Part shown: piece by piece, positions 28,093 to 40,976 of the stretch | Position numbering within the stretch: position 1 is the stretch's first letter | How the letters are laid out: every line of letters starts with the position of its first letter | Origin: an uncultured cyanobacterium | GTDB taxonomy: Bacteria; Cyanobacteriota; Cyanobacteriia; PCC-6307; Cyanobiaceae | Direction of reading: 5' to 3' | Length of the DNA stretch: 64,000 nt | Assembly: GCA_963765575.1 (NCBI GenBank) | Contig: CAVXWZ010000011.1 | Span: 448,001-512,000, forward strand | Notes under the pieces: model-generated | Told to the model about the DNA's origin: nothing | Database searches by the model: none | The model's input: the letters and a program-made list of their open reading frames with translations, nothing else | Program-made: the position numbers and the translations under genes

Positions 28093-29073
28093 TCACGCCA
28101 CCAGGAAGCTGTGGCCGATCGCCAGGGCCGTCACCAGCATCCCCAGCACCAGAAAGGGCTGGGCGCTGGCCTGGTATTTGACGTCAAAGGCCACCGGATC
28201 GCGCAGCAGCCAGATGTCCTGGAAGGTGATCTGGGGAATGATCAGCAGCACCAGCAGCACAGCAGCAAAATGCTGACCGATCGCGATCAGCACCGCAACC
28301 ATGGCGATCTGGAAGATGTCGATCATGCCGGCGCTGATCCAGCTGGCCGTGCGGATTCCGAACACCACCGGCAGCGACTGCAGGCCCAGGGCGCGGTCGC
28401 CCTCGACGCTCTTGAAGTCGTTGACCACGGCGATGCCCAGGCCCGCCAGCGAGTAGGCCAGGGTGAGCAGGGCCGTGGCCCAGGTGAGCTGGCCGAACAG
28501 GGCCTGACCGGCCCACCAGGGCAGGGCGATGTAGCTCGCGCCCAGGGCGTAGTTGCCGAGCCAGCCGTTCTGCTTGAGCTTGAGCGGCGGCGCCGAATAG
28601 ATGAAGCTCACCAGGGAGCCGCCCAGGGCCAGCAGCAGCAGCACCGGACGGCTGTGTCCCGCCCAGACATCGAGCCCGTAGGCCACGGCCAGGCCGGCCA
28701 GCAGCAACACCCAGATCTGCGCTTTCACCTGGGCCAGGGGAATGGCCCCCGAGGGGATCGGCCGGTAGGGCTCGTTGATCGCGTCGATCTCGCGGTCGTA
28801 GTAGTCGTTGATCGTCTGGGTGTAGCCGGCCAGCAGTGGCCCGCTCATCAGCATGCAGGCGATTGAAGCGCCCACCTGGGGCAGGGTCCAATGGAAATTG
28901 CCGGAGGCGGCGGCGCCGCAGATCACTCCCCAGATCAGGGGGATCCAGGTCACCGGCTTCATCAGTTGCAGCCGGATTTTCCAGATGTTGTCACTGCCGG
29001 CAGCCCCCTTCATGCCCAGCAACTGACGGGCCGCTGAGCCGCTGCTGGCTTCGGGGTTGGGGCTGTTGGTCAA
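28093..29073 (-). CDS. chlG: Chlorophyll synthase
   Basis: ARQLLGMKGA, LQLMKPVTWIPLIWG, NDYYDREIDAINEPYRPIPSG. Confidence 0.97.
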   Translation of the reverse strand: MTNSPNPEASSGSAARQLLGMKGAAGSDNIWKIRLQLMKPVTWIPLIWGVICGAAASGNFHWTLPQVGASIACMLMSGPLLAGYTQTINDYYDREIDAINEPYRPIPSGAIPLAQVKAQIWVLLLAGLAVAYGLDVWAGHSRPVLLLLALGGSLVSFIYSAPPLKLKQNGWLGNYALGASYIALPWWAGQALFGQLTWATALLTLAYSLAGLGIAVVNDFKSVEGDRALGLQSLPVVFGIRTASWISAGMIDIFQIAMVAVLIAIGQHFAAVLLVLLIIPQITFQDIWLLRDPVAFDVKYQASAQPFLVLGMLVTALAIGHSFLVA

Positions 29074-29100
29074 GGCCTCGGATTCAGGCGGGCAGGGTGC

Positions 29101-29316
29101 TCAGGCGGGCGCGATCTCGTCGTCGAAGAACCAGGCGGTGCGGCCACCGGTCAGATCCACCACAAAGCCGATGCCACCGCCGTCCACGGTGCGAAAACCC
29201 TTGACGGTGCCATTGGGATCGCTCTGCAGGATGGCCACCAGGTCGGCTGGGATGCGATCGCGGACACGCATCACACGCACCTTGGAACCAACGTTGATCG
29301 TGGCAGCCTGGGCCAT
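29101..29316 (-). CDS. petP: Cytochrome b6f subunit PetP (DUF2862)
   Basis: VGSKVRV.RVRDRIP...[14 protein letters not shown]...WFF; adjacent to chlG. Confidence 0.85.
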   Translation of the reverse strand: MAQAATINVGSKVRVMRVRDRIPADLVAILQSDPNGTVKGFRTVDGGGIGFVVDLTGGRTAWFFDDEIAPA

Positions 29317-29453
29317 GGGCGGGCGAACGACGCGATACAAAAGTGGCGCAACCTTACCAGCGCCACTCGAGCGGCCCGGTCCTCCACGGGCCACCCGCCC
29401 CGCTCCCGGTTCGAATCCCCAGCTGCCCCCAGGCTCCCCTCGAAGCTCTCGCC

Positions 29454-30281
29454 ATGGTTGCCAAGCGCATCATCCCCTGCCTCGATGTGGCCGATGGTCG
29501 GGTGGTGAAGGGCGTGAACTTCGTGGGCCTGCGCGATGCTGGCGATCCGGTGGAGCTGGCCTGCCGCTACAGCGCCTCCGGCGCCGATGAGCTGGTGTTC
29601 CTCGACATCGCCGCCAGCCACCAGGGCCGCGACACGCTGGTGGAGCTGGTGCGCCGCACCGCCGAGGCCGTGACCATCCCCTTCACCGTGGGCGGCGGCA
29701 TCAGCAGCGTCGACGGCATCACCGAGCTGCTGCGCGCCGGTGCCGACAAGGTGAGCCTCAATTCAGCGGCGGTGCGCGACCCGCAGCTGGTGGCCCGGGG
29801 CGCCGAGCGCTTTGGCTGTCAGTGCATCGTGGTGGCGATTGACGCCCGCCGACGCACCCCCGAGGCCACCGCCGAGGCCACCGCCGCCGGCGCGCCAGGT
29901 GAGCCCAGCGGGCCGGGCTGGGATGTCTATGTGAAGGGGGGGCGGCAGAACACGGGCCTCGATGCCCTGGCCTGGGCACGGCGGGTGGTGGCGCTGGGGG
30001 CGGGCGAGATCCTGCTCACCTCCATGGACGGCGACGGCACCCAGGCCGGCTACGACCTGGAGCTCACCCGGGCCGTGGCCGGGGCGGTGGCGGTGCCGGT
30101 GATCGCCTCCGGCGGCGCCGGCTGCATCGACCACATCGCCGCGGCCCTCGACCCGGGGCCCCGGGGCGGCCAGGCGGCGGCGGCGTTGCTGGCGTCCCTG
30201 CTGCACGACGGCGTGCTCACGGTGGAGGCGATCAAGAGCGAGCTGCTCGGCCGCGGCCTGCCGATCCGCCCCCTCGACTGA
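29454..30281 (+). CDS. hisF: Imidazole glycerol phosphate synthase subunit HisF
   Basis: [42 protein letters not shown]. Confidence 0.97.
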   Translation: MVAKRIIPCLDVADGRVVKGVNFVGLRDAGDPVELACRYSASGADELVFLDIAASHQGRDTLVELVRRTAEAVTIPFTVGGGISSVDGITELLRAGADKVSLNSAAVRDPQLVARGAERFGCQCIVVAIDARRRTPEATAEATAAGAPGEPSGPGWDVYVKGGRQNTGLDALAWARRVVALGAGEILLTSMDGDGTQAGYDLELTRAVAGAVAVPVIASGGAGCIDHIAAALDPGPRGGQAAAALLASLLHDGVLTVEAIKSELLGRGLPIRPLD

Positions 30282-30347
30282 GGCCCCTCGACTGAGGCCC
30301 CAGCCAGGTTGCGGATCGGCCAGGGCTCTCATTTATCCCCCATTGGT

Positions 30348-30365
30348 GTTACCTGCCGTTACATT
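30348..30365 (+). promoter_or_regulatory. Putative RpaB-binding HLR1 element
   Basis: GTTACCTG-CC-GTTACATT resembles (G/T)TTACA(T/A)(T/A)-N2-(G/T)TTACA(T/A)(T/A); in an AT-richer intergenic region. Confidence 0.45.
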
Positions 30366-30400
30366 GGTAGCGAAACCACCACTTTCCCCCGCCTCCCCCC

Positions 30401-30730
30401 TTGGCCGCCCTGCACCACCCCGTTACCACCACCCTCGCCCTGGTGCTGATGGGTGTGGTCATCGCCCTGGTGGCCTGGGCCCTGCAGCTGATGCAGGCGG
30501 CCAATGACCGTCAGGACTTTTCCTTGATGCTGGCCGGCTGCATGGTCTGCTGCTCGGCCGTCGGCCTGGCCACGGTGATGGTGATCACCCTCACCGGCCC
30601 GAGCCGGCTGCTGGCCGAACCCCTGACCCCCGACGCCGGCGTCAGCCTGGATGCGGTGCTGCTCCCTGACCTGCTGTTCTTTGCCGAGCCCGGCCCCGCG
30701 AGCCTCGATGGCGACATTCCCGCCAGGTGA
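30401..30730 (+). CDS. Small hypothetical membrane protein
   Basis: Two TM helices; QDFSLMLAGCMVCCSAVGLATV; located between hisF and menG. Confidence 0.7.
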   Translation: MAALHHPVTTTLALVLMGVVIALVAWALQLMQAANDRQDFSLMLAGCMVCCSAVGLATVMVITLTGPSRLLAEPLTPDAGVSLDAVLLPDLLFFAEPGPASLDGDIPAR

Positions 30731-31430
30731 TGCGCGGGCGGTGAATGATCTGTTCGAGCAGATCGCCCCCCGTTACGACCAGCTCAACGACCTGCTCAGC
30801 CTCGGACTGCACCGGCTCTGGAAGCGACAGGCGATCGCCTGGCTGGCCCCCCGCCCGGGCCAGCAGCTCCTGGATCTCTGCTGCGGCACGGGCGATCTGG
30901 CCCTGCTCCTGGCGGCCCGGGTGCGGCCCGGCGGCAGCGTGCAGGGCCTGGATGCGGCCGCTGCCCCGCTGCGCCTGGCCCGGCAACGGGCGGCCCGCCA
31001 ACCCTGGCTGCCGGTTGCTTGGCGGCAGGCCGATGCCCTGGACACGGGCCTGGGAGCCGGTGCCGCCGATGGCGCCGTGATGGCCTACGGCCTGCGCAAC
31101 CTGGCCGATCCCGCCGCTGGTCTGGCGGAACTGCGGCGCCTGCTGCGGCCGGGGGCGCGGGCGGCGGTGCTGGACTTCAACCGCCCGGACCCCGCCAGCT
31201 TGCGAGGCCGCCGCACTGCGGCCCTGCAGCGTCAGCTGCTGCGCCGGCTGGTGGTGCCGGTGGCCACCGGCGTGGGTCTGGGGGAGCACTACGCCTACCT
31301 GGAGAGGAGCCTGGAGCGCTTCCCCACCGCCGCCGAGCAGCAACAGCTGGCCGGCGCTGCCGGCTTCACGCACGCCCGCCACCGGCCCCTGGCCGGCGGG
31401 CTGATGGGCCTGTTGCAGCTGGTCGCCTGA
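30708..31430 (+). CDS. menG: UbiE/MenG-family (demethylphylloquinol) methyltransferase
   Basis: [43 protein letters not shown]. Confidence 0.9.
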   Translation: MATFPPGDARAVNDLFEQIAPRYDQLNDLLSLGLHRLWKRQAIAWLAPRPGQQLLDLCCGTGDLALLLAARVRPGGSVQGLDAAAAPLRLARQRAARQPWLPVAWRQADALDTGLGAGAADGAVMAYGLRNLADPAAGLAELRRLLRPGARAAVLDFNRPDPASLRGRRTAALQRQLLRRLVVPVATGVGLGEHYAYLERSLERFPTAAEQQQLAGAAGFTHARHRPLAGGLMGLLQLVA

Positions 31431-31525
31431 ACCGCCGGCCCGCCCAGGTGCCCGACCAGGTGCTCGCCCAGGGCACTCGGGCAGACTCGCAGCCGCCCCC
31501 GGCACCCCCCTCCCGGCCCACACCT

Positions 31526-32395
31526 GTGCACTTCCAGGACATCACCGCCACCCTCAACCGCTTCTGGGCCGAGCAGGGCTGCCTGATCCTGCAGCCCTAC
31601 GACACCGAGAAGGGCGCCGGCACCATGAGCCCCCACACGGTGCTGCGGGCGATCGGGCCCGAGCCCTGGGCCGTGGCCTACCCCGAGCCCTGCCGCCGCC
31701 CCAGCGACGGCCGCTACGGCGACAACCCCAACCGGGCCCAGCACTACTTCCAGTACCAGGTGCTGATCAAGCCCTCCCCGGACGGCATCCAGGAGACCTA
31801 CCTGGCCTCGCTGGCGGCCCTGGGCATCCGCGCCGCCGACCACGACATCCGCTTCGTGGAGGACAACTGGGAATCCCCCACCCTCGGCGCCTGGGGCGTG
31901 GGCTGGGAGGTGTGGCTCGATGGCATGGAGGTGACCCAGTTCACCTACTTCCAGCAGTGCGGCGGGCTCGACTGCCGGCCGGTGTCGATCGAGATCACCT
32001 ATGGCCTCGAGCGTCTGGCCATGTATCTGCAGGACGTGGAGAGCATCTGGGATCTCTCCTGGAACGGCGTGCGCAGCTACGGCGACATCTGGCTGCCCTT
32101 CGAGAAGGGCCAGTGCACCTACAACTTCGAGGCCTCCAACCCCGAGCGGCTGCAGCAGCTGTTCGCCCTCTACGAGGCCGAGGCCGGCGATCTGGTGGAG
32201 CGGGGCCTGCCGGCCCCGGCGCTGGATTACGTGCTCAAGTGCAGCCACACCTTCAACCTGCTGGAGGCCCGCGGCGTGATCTCGGTGACCGAGCGCACGG
32301 CCACGATCGGCCGCATCCGCGTGCTGGCCCGCCAGGTGGCCGAGGCCTGGCTGGCGGAGCGGCAGGCGCTGGGCTTTCCGCTGCTGGCGGGGTGA
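31526..32395 (+). CDS. glyQ: Glycine--tRNA ligase alpha subunit
   Basis: HFQDI...[42 protein letters not shown]. Confidence 0.97.
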   Translation: MHFQDITATLNRFWAEQGCLILQPYDTEKGAGTMSPHTVLRAIGPEPWAVAYPEPCRRPSDGRYGDNPNRAQHYFQYQVLIKPSPDGIQETYLASLAALGIRAADHDIRFVEDNWESPTLGAWGVGWEVWLDGMEVTQFTYFQQCGGLDCRPVSIEITYGLERLAMYLQDVESIWDLSWNGVRSYGDIWLPFEKGQCTYNFEASNPERLQQLFALYEAEAGDLVERGLPAPALDYVLKCSHTFNLLEARGVISVTERTATIGRIRVLARQVAEAWLAERQALGFPLLAG

Positions 32396-32646
32396 TTGAG
32401 CCCCGCCGGCAGCGCTGGCTGCAGCACGGGCTGCGGCTGCAACGTTGGCTGCGGCGGGGGCAGCCGCGGCGCGGCTTGCTGGCAGCGGTGCTGCTGCTGG
32501 GCAGCTTCCAGCTCGGTCGGCTGAGTGAGCGCAACCGCCTGCCCTGCCGCCTGCGGCCCCTGGCGCCGCTGGTGGAGCCGCTGCTGGGCCGCAAGCTGCC
32601 CAGCCCCCAGCTCTGTGATCTGCTGCTGCGCCTGCCGCCGTTCTGA
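32392..32646 (+). CDS. Small hypothetical protein
   Basis: GTGA coupling to glyQ; one hydrophobic helix. Confidence 0.5.
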   Translation: MIEPRRQRWLQHGLRLQRWLRRGQPRRGLLAAVLLLGSFQLGRLSERNRLPCRLRPLAPLVEPLLGRKLPSPQLCDLLLRLPPF

Positions 32647-32739
32647 AGAGCGGCCACCGGCTTTGGGCTACGGCCACCGGCTTTGGGCAGCGGCCCGGGC
32701 GGGGGGGGGCAACCCTGAACCCCTGGCTGTCGTGAGGGG

Positions 32740-34734
32740 ATGGGGGCGCGCACGCTTAAGGGAATGGTCTGGGCCCTGCTCCTGGCCCTGGTGCTGGTGC
32801 GGGCGGTGCTGGCGAGCCTGCAGCCGCTCACCCCGGCGGCCGGCGATCCAGCCCTGGCGCTCGCGGGCCAGCGGGGTGCCCTGCCGGTGCGACTGGAGGG
32901 CCGGCTGCTGGCCGACCCCCGCGCCTTCGGCGACGGCCGCGACGAGCGCTGCACGGCCCTGCTGCAGCTGCCGGTGGGCCGCAGCGAGCTGCAGTTCAGC
33001 CCCTGCCCCCAGCCGCCCCTGCGCCAGGGCTGGCGGCTGGCGGTGCACGGTCAGTTGCGCCGGCCCCGGCCGGCGCCCCATCCCCTGCTGGGGGGCCCCG
33101 CCGAGCGGCTGGCCCGCCGCCAGGCCGCCAGCCAGCTGCGGGTGGAGGGCTTTGCGGTGGTGGCCCGCCCCGCCACGCCCGTGGCCGACCTGCGCCGCCA
33201 GCTGGCTGGCCGGCTGATGGAGCGCGCCGGGCCGGAGCGGGGCGGTGTGCTGGCGGCCCTGGTGCTGGGTGGCGCCGTGGTGCCGTTGCCGGCGGAGGTG
33301 CGTGAGCTGTTCCGGGCGGCCGGTCTCTCCCATGCCCTGGCCGCCTCTGGGTTTCATCTCAGCGTGCTGCTCGGGGCGGTGCTGCCCCTGGCCCGGCGGC
33401 TGCCGCGGGCCCCCCGGCTGCTGCTGGCCTTCGGGGCGATGGGCCTGTTTGTGCTCCTGGCCGGTCTGCAGCCGTCGGTGCTGCGGGCGGTCTTGATGGC
33501 GGCGATCGGTGTGCTGGTGCTGGAGTGCGGCCAGCGGGGACGCCCCCTGGCGATCCTGCTGGCCAGTGCCCTGCTGCTGCTGCTGATCTGGCCCCGCTGG
33601 CTGGCGGAGGTGGGCTTTCAGCTCAGCGTCACGGCCACCGCCGCCCTGGTGCTCTGCGCCGGACCGCTGGAGCAGGCGCTGCGCCTGCGCCTGCCATCCG
33701 CCTGCCCCGGCTGGCTGGCGGGTGCCACCGCCGTGCCCCTGGCCGCCTGCCTCTGGACCCTGCCGCTGCAGTTGCTCCACTTCGGCGTGGTGCCCCTGTA
33801 TGCCCTGCCGGCCAACCTGCTGGCGGCGCCGCTGCTGACGCCGCTCACCCTGGGGGCGATGCTGCTGGCCCTGCTCAGCCTGGTGCTGCCGCCGCTGTTT
33901 GGCCTGCTGCTGCCACCCCTGGCGGCCCTGGCGGGGGTGCTGCTGGCGATTGTGCGCGCGGTGGCGGCCCTGCCCATGGCCCAGTGGCAGCTGGGGCGCC
34001 CCACACCGTTGCTGGTGGCGCTGCTGGCTGCGGGGCTGCTGGGCCTGCTGTGGCCGGGCCTGGCGCGGCGCTGGCGGCGTCTGGCGCCGGCCCTGGTGGC
34101 CCTGGCCTGCGGGCTGCATCTGGCCCAGCTGCAGGCCGACCAGCTGCTGTTGGTGCACCAGGGTCGCCGCGACCTGCTGCTGGCGCGCCACCGGGGCCGC
34201 GCCGCCCTGGTGGCCCTGCAGGCCGATGGTTTCAGCTGTCATCAGGCCGCCCAGCTGGCCCGGGGCCTGGGGGTGGCCCGTTTCGACTGGGCCCTGCTGC
34301 TCGATCCGCTGCCGCCGGCGGCGCCCGCCTGCTGGGACGAGCGGGCGGGGCTGGTGCTGGCCAGCTCCGATGGCAGCCCGCCGCTGCTGCCCGGCCAGCG
34401 CCTGCGCAGCCCCGGCCTCAGGGCCGAGGCCATCGCCATGGCCAGCCGGGGCCTCTGGCTGGAGGTGGGGCGGCGGCGCTGGCTGCTGCTGCCGGATCGC
34501 CAGGACCTCTGGGCCTGGCGCGATCAGCAGCGCCGGGCTCCCCGGGATGGGCGCCGCCAGGGGGCCACGGCCGATGGCCTCTGGCTGGGCTTCCATCCGG
34601 GGCCCCGGGAGCGTCAGTGGCTCGCCGAGCGGGGCCCCGAGCACGTGTGGATCAGTGGCGCGCCCCAGTCGTGGACTCCCCCCAGCTGGCGGGCCAGCGG
34701 CCGCAGCGGCTGGCTGCAGCAGACCCTGAGCTGA
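32740..34734 (+). CDS. comEC: ComEC/Rec2 competence channel
   Basis: GLSHALAASGFH, PSVLRAVLM, VGFQLS, ANLLAAP. Confidence 0.92.
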   Translation: MGARTLKGMVWALLLALVLVRAVLASLQPLTPAAGDPALALAGQRGALPVRLEGRLLADPRAFGDGRDERCTALLQLPVGRSELQFSPCPQPPLRQGWRLAVHGQLRRPRPAPHPLLGGPAERLARRQAASQLRVEGFAVVARPATPVADLRRQLAGRLMERAGPERGGVLAALVLGGAVVPLPAEVRELFRAAGLSHALAASGFHLSVLLGAVLPLARRLPRAPRLLLAFGAMGLFVLLAGLQPSVLRAVLMAAIGVLVLECGQRGRPLAILLASALLLLLIWPRWLAEVGFQLSVTATAALVLCAGPLEQALRLRLPSACPGWLAGATAVPLAACLWTLPLQLLHFGVVPLYALPANLLAAPLLTPLTLGAMLLALLSLVLPPLFGLLLPPLAALAGVLLAIVRAVAALPMAQWQLGRPTPLLVALLAAGLLGLLWPGLARRWRRLAPALVALACGLHLAQLQADQLLLVHQGRRDLLLARHRGRAALVALQADGFSCHQAAQLARGLGVARFDWALLLDPLPPAAPACWDERAGLVLASSDGSPPLLPGQRLRSPGLRAEAIAMASRGLWLEVGRRRWLLLPDRQDLWAWRDQQRRAPRDGRRQGATADGLWLGFHPGPRERQWLAERGPEHVWISGAPQSWTPPSWRASGRSGWLQQTLS

Positions 34735-34761
34735 GCGCTTCGTAGAGTGGCCGCGGCACCT

Positions 34762-34846
34762 GGAGAGGTGGCTGAGTGGTCGAAAGCGAACGACTCGAAA
34801 TCGTTTGAAGGGCAACCTTCCGTGGGTTCGAATCCCACCCTCTCCG
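34762..34846 (+). tRNA. tRNA-Ser(CGA)
   Basis: Cloverleaf GGAGAGG...CCTCTCC; anticodon arm AACGA-CTCGAAA-TCGTT; long variable arm; GTTCGAATC. Confidence 0.97.
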
Positions 34847-34975
34847 TTTCCATCACCCCGCTCAGCACTCCCGGGCCTGCCGCCGTTGTCAGCCCCCGGT
34901 GGTGCAGATCCCGATCCGGCCCCCCTGGAGTGTCCTGGGGCGGCAGGGCAGCATGGGCTCCCGTTTCTCTCCGCC

Positions 34976-35926
34976 GTGACCCTCGCCTTTCTGGGAGACA
35001 GCACGCTCGATTTCGGCAACCTCAACGCCTCGGCCCGGTCGCTGGGCGAGCGCCGGCCCTTCCGCAATGGGCGCTACGACGGCGGCGGCAATGTCAAGGC
35101 CTCGGATGGCTTCGTGCTCGGCGAGCAGCTCGCGCGGCGTCTGGGGGCCGGCAGTCGCCGCTCACCGGCCCGGCTGCGATCCGCCGAGCTGATCAACCTC
35201 TCCGATCGACCGCTGAGGCGGGGTCTGCGCGACAAGGATGCCAACGCCGAGGTGTTCAATTTCGCCTACGCCGGTGCCACCAGTGGTGGCCGTGGCTCCA
35301 CCACCGCCGGCCTGGATGAGTTCCGCATCGGCCTCAAGCGCCAGGCCGCCACGCTGACCAAGGCAGCCCGCTTTGTGCCGCCTTCCAAGAACCTGGATCT
35401 GGTCATCAGTGGCGGCACCAATGACGTCTTCGATTATCTCGACAGGAACGAGGGCAAGGTGAGGCGGGCGATCCTCACACCCGGCACCCGGGATGAGCGC
35501 CGGCTGGCAACGGGTGTGGCGCGTCAAGTGGTCACCAATATCGAGGATAGCCTTGATTCAATTACAGGTCTTTATGATGAAGCCTTGGTGATCGGCACCA
35601 CCAAGCTCAGTGCCCTGCCCAGGATTCGCGAGGCCTCCAAGGGCTTTGGGCGGGTGCCACTGCTGGGGGGATCCCTGACAGCACGGTTCAAGAAATTTGT
35701 GGACAGGATCAGTCGAACGATCAACGAAGATCTTGAGGAAATCTATAATTCCAATGACAGGAATGGGGTCTTTGTGGTCAACGGCATCGATACCTGGAAC
35801 GACCTCTCGAAGAAGCCAGGCTTCGTTGACAACATTCACCCCAACTCCCGCACCAACGGCCGCCTGGCTGATCTGGTGGCGTCCCAGATCCGAAAAACCT
35901 CTGCCCTGGACAGCTTCGGTTTCTGA
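34976..35926 (+). CDS. SGNH/GDSL-family hydrolase
   Basis: Blocks I FLGDST, II NFAYAGA, III GGTND and V DNIHP. Confidence 0.85.
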   Translation: MTLAFLGDSTLDFGNLNASARSLGERRPFRNGRYDGGGNVKASDGFVLGEQLARRLGAGSRRSPARLRSAELINLSDRPLRRGLRDKDANAEVFNFAYAGATSGGRGSTTAGLDEFRIGLKRQAATLTKAARFVPPSKNLDLVISGGTNDVFDYLDRNEGKVRRAILTPGTRDERRLATGVARQVVTNIEDSLDSITGLYDEALVIGTTKLSALPRIREASKGFGRVPLLGGSLTARFKKFVDRISRTINEDLEEIYNSNDRNGVFVVNGIDTWNDLSKKPGFVDNIHPNSRTNGRLADLVASQIRKTSALDSFGF

Positions 35927-35934
35927 ATCGGGTC

Positions 35935-36282
35935 TCAGATCACCTTGGAGGCGGCGAAGGCATCGGTGATTTCGTACACCGACCAGCCGTGCAGCAACAG
36001 GTGACGCACGAACAGGGAGGCTTCAGCGTCGCCTGCAAACATCCGCTCTTCAATCGTCTGAGCGGGCTCGGTCACTGCCGCCTTGAGGTGGTGCATGGCG
36101 CAGTAGTCCCTGGGGCTCGTGTAGTAAACGACCCACTTGCCCCGGTAGGGGGCTCCGCAGTCGCGCAGGCTGATCAGGGGCGTCATGGCGTCCCAGGTCA
36201 TGGGCTCCAGGGCGTTGCTGAGGGCGCTGGTCAAGGCGGAGGCTCGGCCAGCCGCCTCAAGGACGGAATCAGAGATCAGCAT
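35935..36282 (-). CDS. Hypothetical protein (115 aa)
   Basis: ATG ORF with normal composition; convergent with the GDSL gene. Confidence 0.55.
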   Translation of the reverse strand: MLISDSVLEAAGRASALTSALSNALEPMTWDAMTPLISLRDCGAPYRGKWVVYYTSPRDYCAMHHLKAAVTEPAQTIEERMFAGDAEASLFVRHLLLHGWSVYEITDAFAASKVI

Positions 36283-36562
36283 CGGGCTCAGGGGGGGTGG
36301 CGGATGGGGAGGCAGGCAGGGTCTGGGTTCAGTGGCGCAGGGCTCCCGTCAGAGCGGGATGGAGCCATGGCTTGGGTCTGAACAGGTGGAGCTCTGAAAG
36401 GCCGCGAGCTCTGAATGGCCGCCTGACTTGTGGATCCAGCCAAGGTCGAATCGGCCCCTGTTCTCTGTAGGGATCACTACCAACGTCATGGCTTGTGATC
36501 CCAGGGCCAGCCCCCTCGGCGCCGCCCCTCCAAACTGAGACCAGATCGCTTGTGCTGGCTGG

Positions 36563-36892
36563 ATGGCCTGGTTTGTGAAGATCGAAGAGGGCATCGTCGA
36601 GAAGGCCCGCTTCGACGCGGTGGTGCCGGCCCACCTGGCCTGGCTGCAGGAGCTGGAGCGGCAGGGGCATCAACCCCGCAGCGGCTACTGGGCTGACCGG
36701 CGGGGCTGCAACGGCGAAGGGGCCGGCGGCATGTTGCTGTTCTGGGCCGCAGACTGGGCCCAGGCCGACCACCTGGTGCGCAGCGATCCGCTCATCCAGG
36801 CCGACTGCGTGCGCTGGAGCCTGCACGAGTGGCGTCTGGTGCACGGCGAGCTGCCGCTCAGGAGTGGAACAGCAGCACCAGGCCGGAGCTGA
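36563..36892 (+). CDS. YciI family protein
   Basis: FVKIEEG...PAHLAW...SGYW...GGMLLF...DPL. Confidence 0.85.
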   Translation: MAWFVKIEEGIVEKARFDAVVPAHLAWLQELERQGHQPRSGYWADRRGCNGEGAGGMLLFWAADWAQADHLVRSDPLIQADCVRWSLHEWRLVHGELPLRSGTAAPGRS

Positions 36893-37100
36893 GCTGGTGG
36901 AATTCCCGCTCCTCCCGGCTGAGGTCGAGCCCCACCTGCAGTCCCTCCTTGAGGGCGTCGTCGAAGGGCGGTGAGGTGGGAGGGGCACCGGCGTTCCAGA
37001 GAGCGGCGATGCCCACCGGAGTGGCATGCCAACGAAACCGCTGTGTCGTTCCGATCTCCGGCTCGCTCAGGGCGGCTTCCAGAAGTTCGCGAATCGGCAT
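36858..37100 (-). CDS. Conserved small picocyanobacterial protein
   Basis: FRWHATPVGIAALW...ALKEGLQVGLDLSREEREFH...LVLLFHS; located between yciI and cbiB. Confidence 0.7.
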   Translation of the reverse strand: MPIRELLEAALSEPEIGTTQRFRWHATPVGIAALWNAGAPPTSPPFDDALKEGLQVGLDLSREEREFHQLSSGLVLLFHS

Positions 37101-37149
37101 GGTTCCCCGGACCCGAAGGCAGCTTCGGCAGGGCTGGGCGACCGGGCAA

Positions 37150-38136
37150 TCAGCTGAGAGCTTTCGTGATGAAGGCGGCCCCCAGCAGCCACACCAGCGT
37201 CAGGCGCCGGCTGAGCGCCAGCATCCGCTCCACCGCGGCGCGGTCTGGAGCCGGCTCGCCGGCGGCCAGCAGTGGTTTGCGCTGCAGTTCGCCCCCGTAG
37301 TGATTGGCGCCACCCAACTGCACGCCCACGCTGTGGGCATAGGCCGCCTGGGACACCCCCGCATTCGGGGAGGGATCGGGCGCCCCATCCCGCAGGGCGA
37401 GCCGCAGCCCGGACCACACCCCCCCCAGGCCCCGGCCGGCGGCCAGCGGCAGGCTCAGGGCCACCAGGCGGCAGGGCAGCCACACCAGCAGATCGTCCAG
37501 CCGGGCTCCAGCGCTGCCCAGCCAGGCCAGGCGGCCGCGGCGGTAGCCCAGCATCGAATCGAGGGTGCTGGCCGCCTTGAACCCCCAGGCCAGGGCCAGG
37601 GGCCCCGGGGCGGTGGGCACCAGCGTGGCCAGGGCCGCCCCCAGCAGCATCCAGAACAGGGGCGCGAACAGGCCATCCACGCCGTTTTCGCTGGCGGTTT
37701 CGGCCAGGGCCCTGAGGATCTCGCCGCCGCTGAGCTGGTGGGTGTCGCGGCCCACGATGCCGGCCAGGCGTTGCCGGGCGGGCCCCAGATCCTCGGCGCT
37801 CAGGAGCTTGAGCACGCCGTTCACGGCGTCGTCGAGGCTGCGGCCGGCCAGGGCGCTGGCCAACCCCACCACCACCACGGCCACCCCCACGGCGCTGTGG
37901 GCCGCCCAGCGCTCCAGCAGCCAGCCGGCAGCCCCGCTGAGCCCCACCACCAGCCCGGTGATCGCCGCACCGGCGCAGCGCAACCGGCCGGGCCGATCGC
38001 CGGCCCAGCCCTCGGCCAGCCGCCGCAGGCGCTCAATGCTCCAGCCCATCACCTGCACCGGATGCAGCCAGCCCAGCGGATCGCCCAGGACTCGATCGAG
38101 CAGGGTGGCCAGCAGCACCTGCAGCAGCAGCGCCAT
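37150..38136 (-). CDS. cbiB: Adenosylcobinamide-phosphate synthase CbiB/CobD
   Basis: GDPLGWLHPV, IVGRDT, ETASENGVDG, STLDSMLGY, SPNAG. Confidence 0.95.
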   Translation of the reverse strand: MALLLQVLLATLLDRVLGDPLGWLHPVQVMGWSIERLRRLAEGWAGDRPGRLRCAGAAITGLVVGLSGAAGWLLERWAAHSAVGVAVVVVGLASALAGRSLDDAVNGVLKLLSAEDLGPARQRLAGIVGRDTHQLSGGEILRALAETASENGVDGLFAPLFWMLLGAALATLVPTAPGPLALAWGFKAASTLDSMLGYRRGRLAWLGSAGARLDDLLVWLPCRLVALSLPLAAGRGLGGVWSGLRLALRDGAPDPSPNAGVSQAAYAHSVGVQLGGANHYGGELQRKPLLAAGEPAPDRAAVERMLALSRRLTLVWLLGAAFITKALS

Positions 38137-38140
38137 CGCT

Positions 38141-40248
<2,108 letters not shown>

Positions 40249-40300
40249 TTACGCAACGCCCCCCGTTCCCGGCCCCAGCCCAGCAGCTGGGCCGCGGGTC

Positions 40301-40903
40301 TCAGGCCTCGCTGGGGTGGGCGATCACCCGGTCGATCAGGCCGTACTCCTTGGCTTCGGCGGCACTGAGGAAGTAGTCGCGGTCGGTGTCCTTCTCGATC
40401 TTCTCGAAGGGCTGGCCGGTCATGTCGGCCATGCTGTGGCTGAGCATGTCCTTGATGCGCAGGATCTCCCGCGCCTCGATCTCGATGTCGCTGGCCTGGC
40501 GCTGGCTGGTGCCCCCCAGGGGCTGGTGGATCATGATCCGGCTGTGGGGCAGGGCCAGGCGCTTGCCCTTGGTGCCGGCGCCGAGCAGGAAGGCTCCCAT
40601 GCTGGCCGCCAGCCCCACGCAGATCGTCACCACCTCACTCTTGACGTACTGGATCGTGTCGTAGATCGCCAGGCCGGCGGTCACCGACCCGCCGGGGGAG
40701 TTGATGTAGAGGTAGATCGGCTTGGAGTTGTCATCCGAATCCAGATAGAGCATCTGGGCCACCAGGGCATTGGCCACCGCGTCGTTCACCTCAGAGCCCA
40801 TGAACAGGATGCGCTCCACGCCCAGGCGGGTGTAGATGTCGACCCAGCGCTCGTACTGGCTGCCGGGCAGGCGGTAGGGAACGCTGGGGGTGCCGATGGG
40901 CAT
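40301..40903 (-). CDS. clpP3: Clp protease proteolytic subunit (ClpP3 type)
   Basis: [27 protein letters not shown]. Confidence 0.92.
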   Translation of the reverse strand: MPIGTPSVPYRLPGSQYERWVDIYTRLGVERILFMGSEVNDAVANALVAQMLYLDSDDNSKPIYLYINSPGGSVTAGLAIYDTIQYVKSEVVTICVGLAASMGAFLLGAGTKGKRLALPHSRIMIHQPLGGTSQRQASDIEIEAREILRIKDMLSHSMADMTGQPFEKIEKDTDRDYFLSAAEAKEYGLIDRVIAHPSEA

Positions 40904-40976
40904 GGCTGGGTGCGGGGTGGTGGTGAGGTGGTGGTGAGGAGCTGAACTGTGGAGGGCTGAGGTCCCTGAGCAGGGC

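Noticed and set aside
29405..29432. GGTTCGAATCCCC, a tRNA T-loop-like motif upstream of hisF (possible att site or tRNA remnant)
   Set aside because: The flanks do not form a T-stem, there is no cloverleaf, and it does not match the 3' ends of the tRNAs in this window
34805..34975. N-terminal extensions of ORFs that run through tRNA genes (GDSL from 34805; argD from 61069)
   Set aside because: They overlap tRNAs; the true starts are downstream
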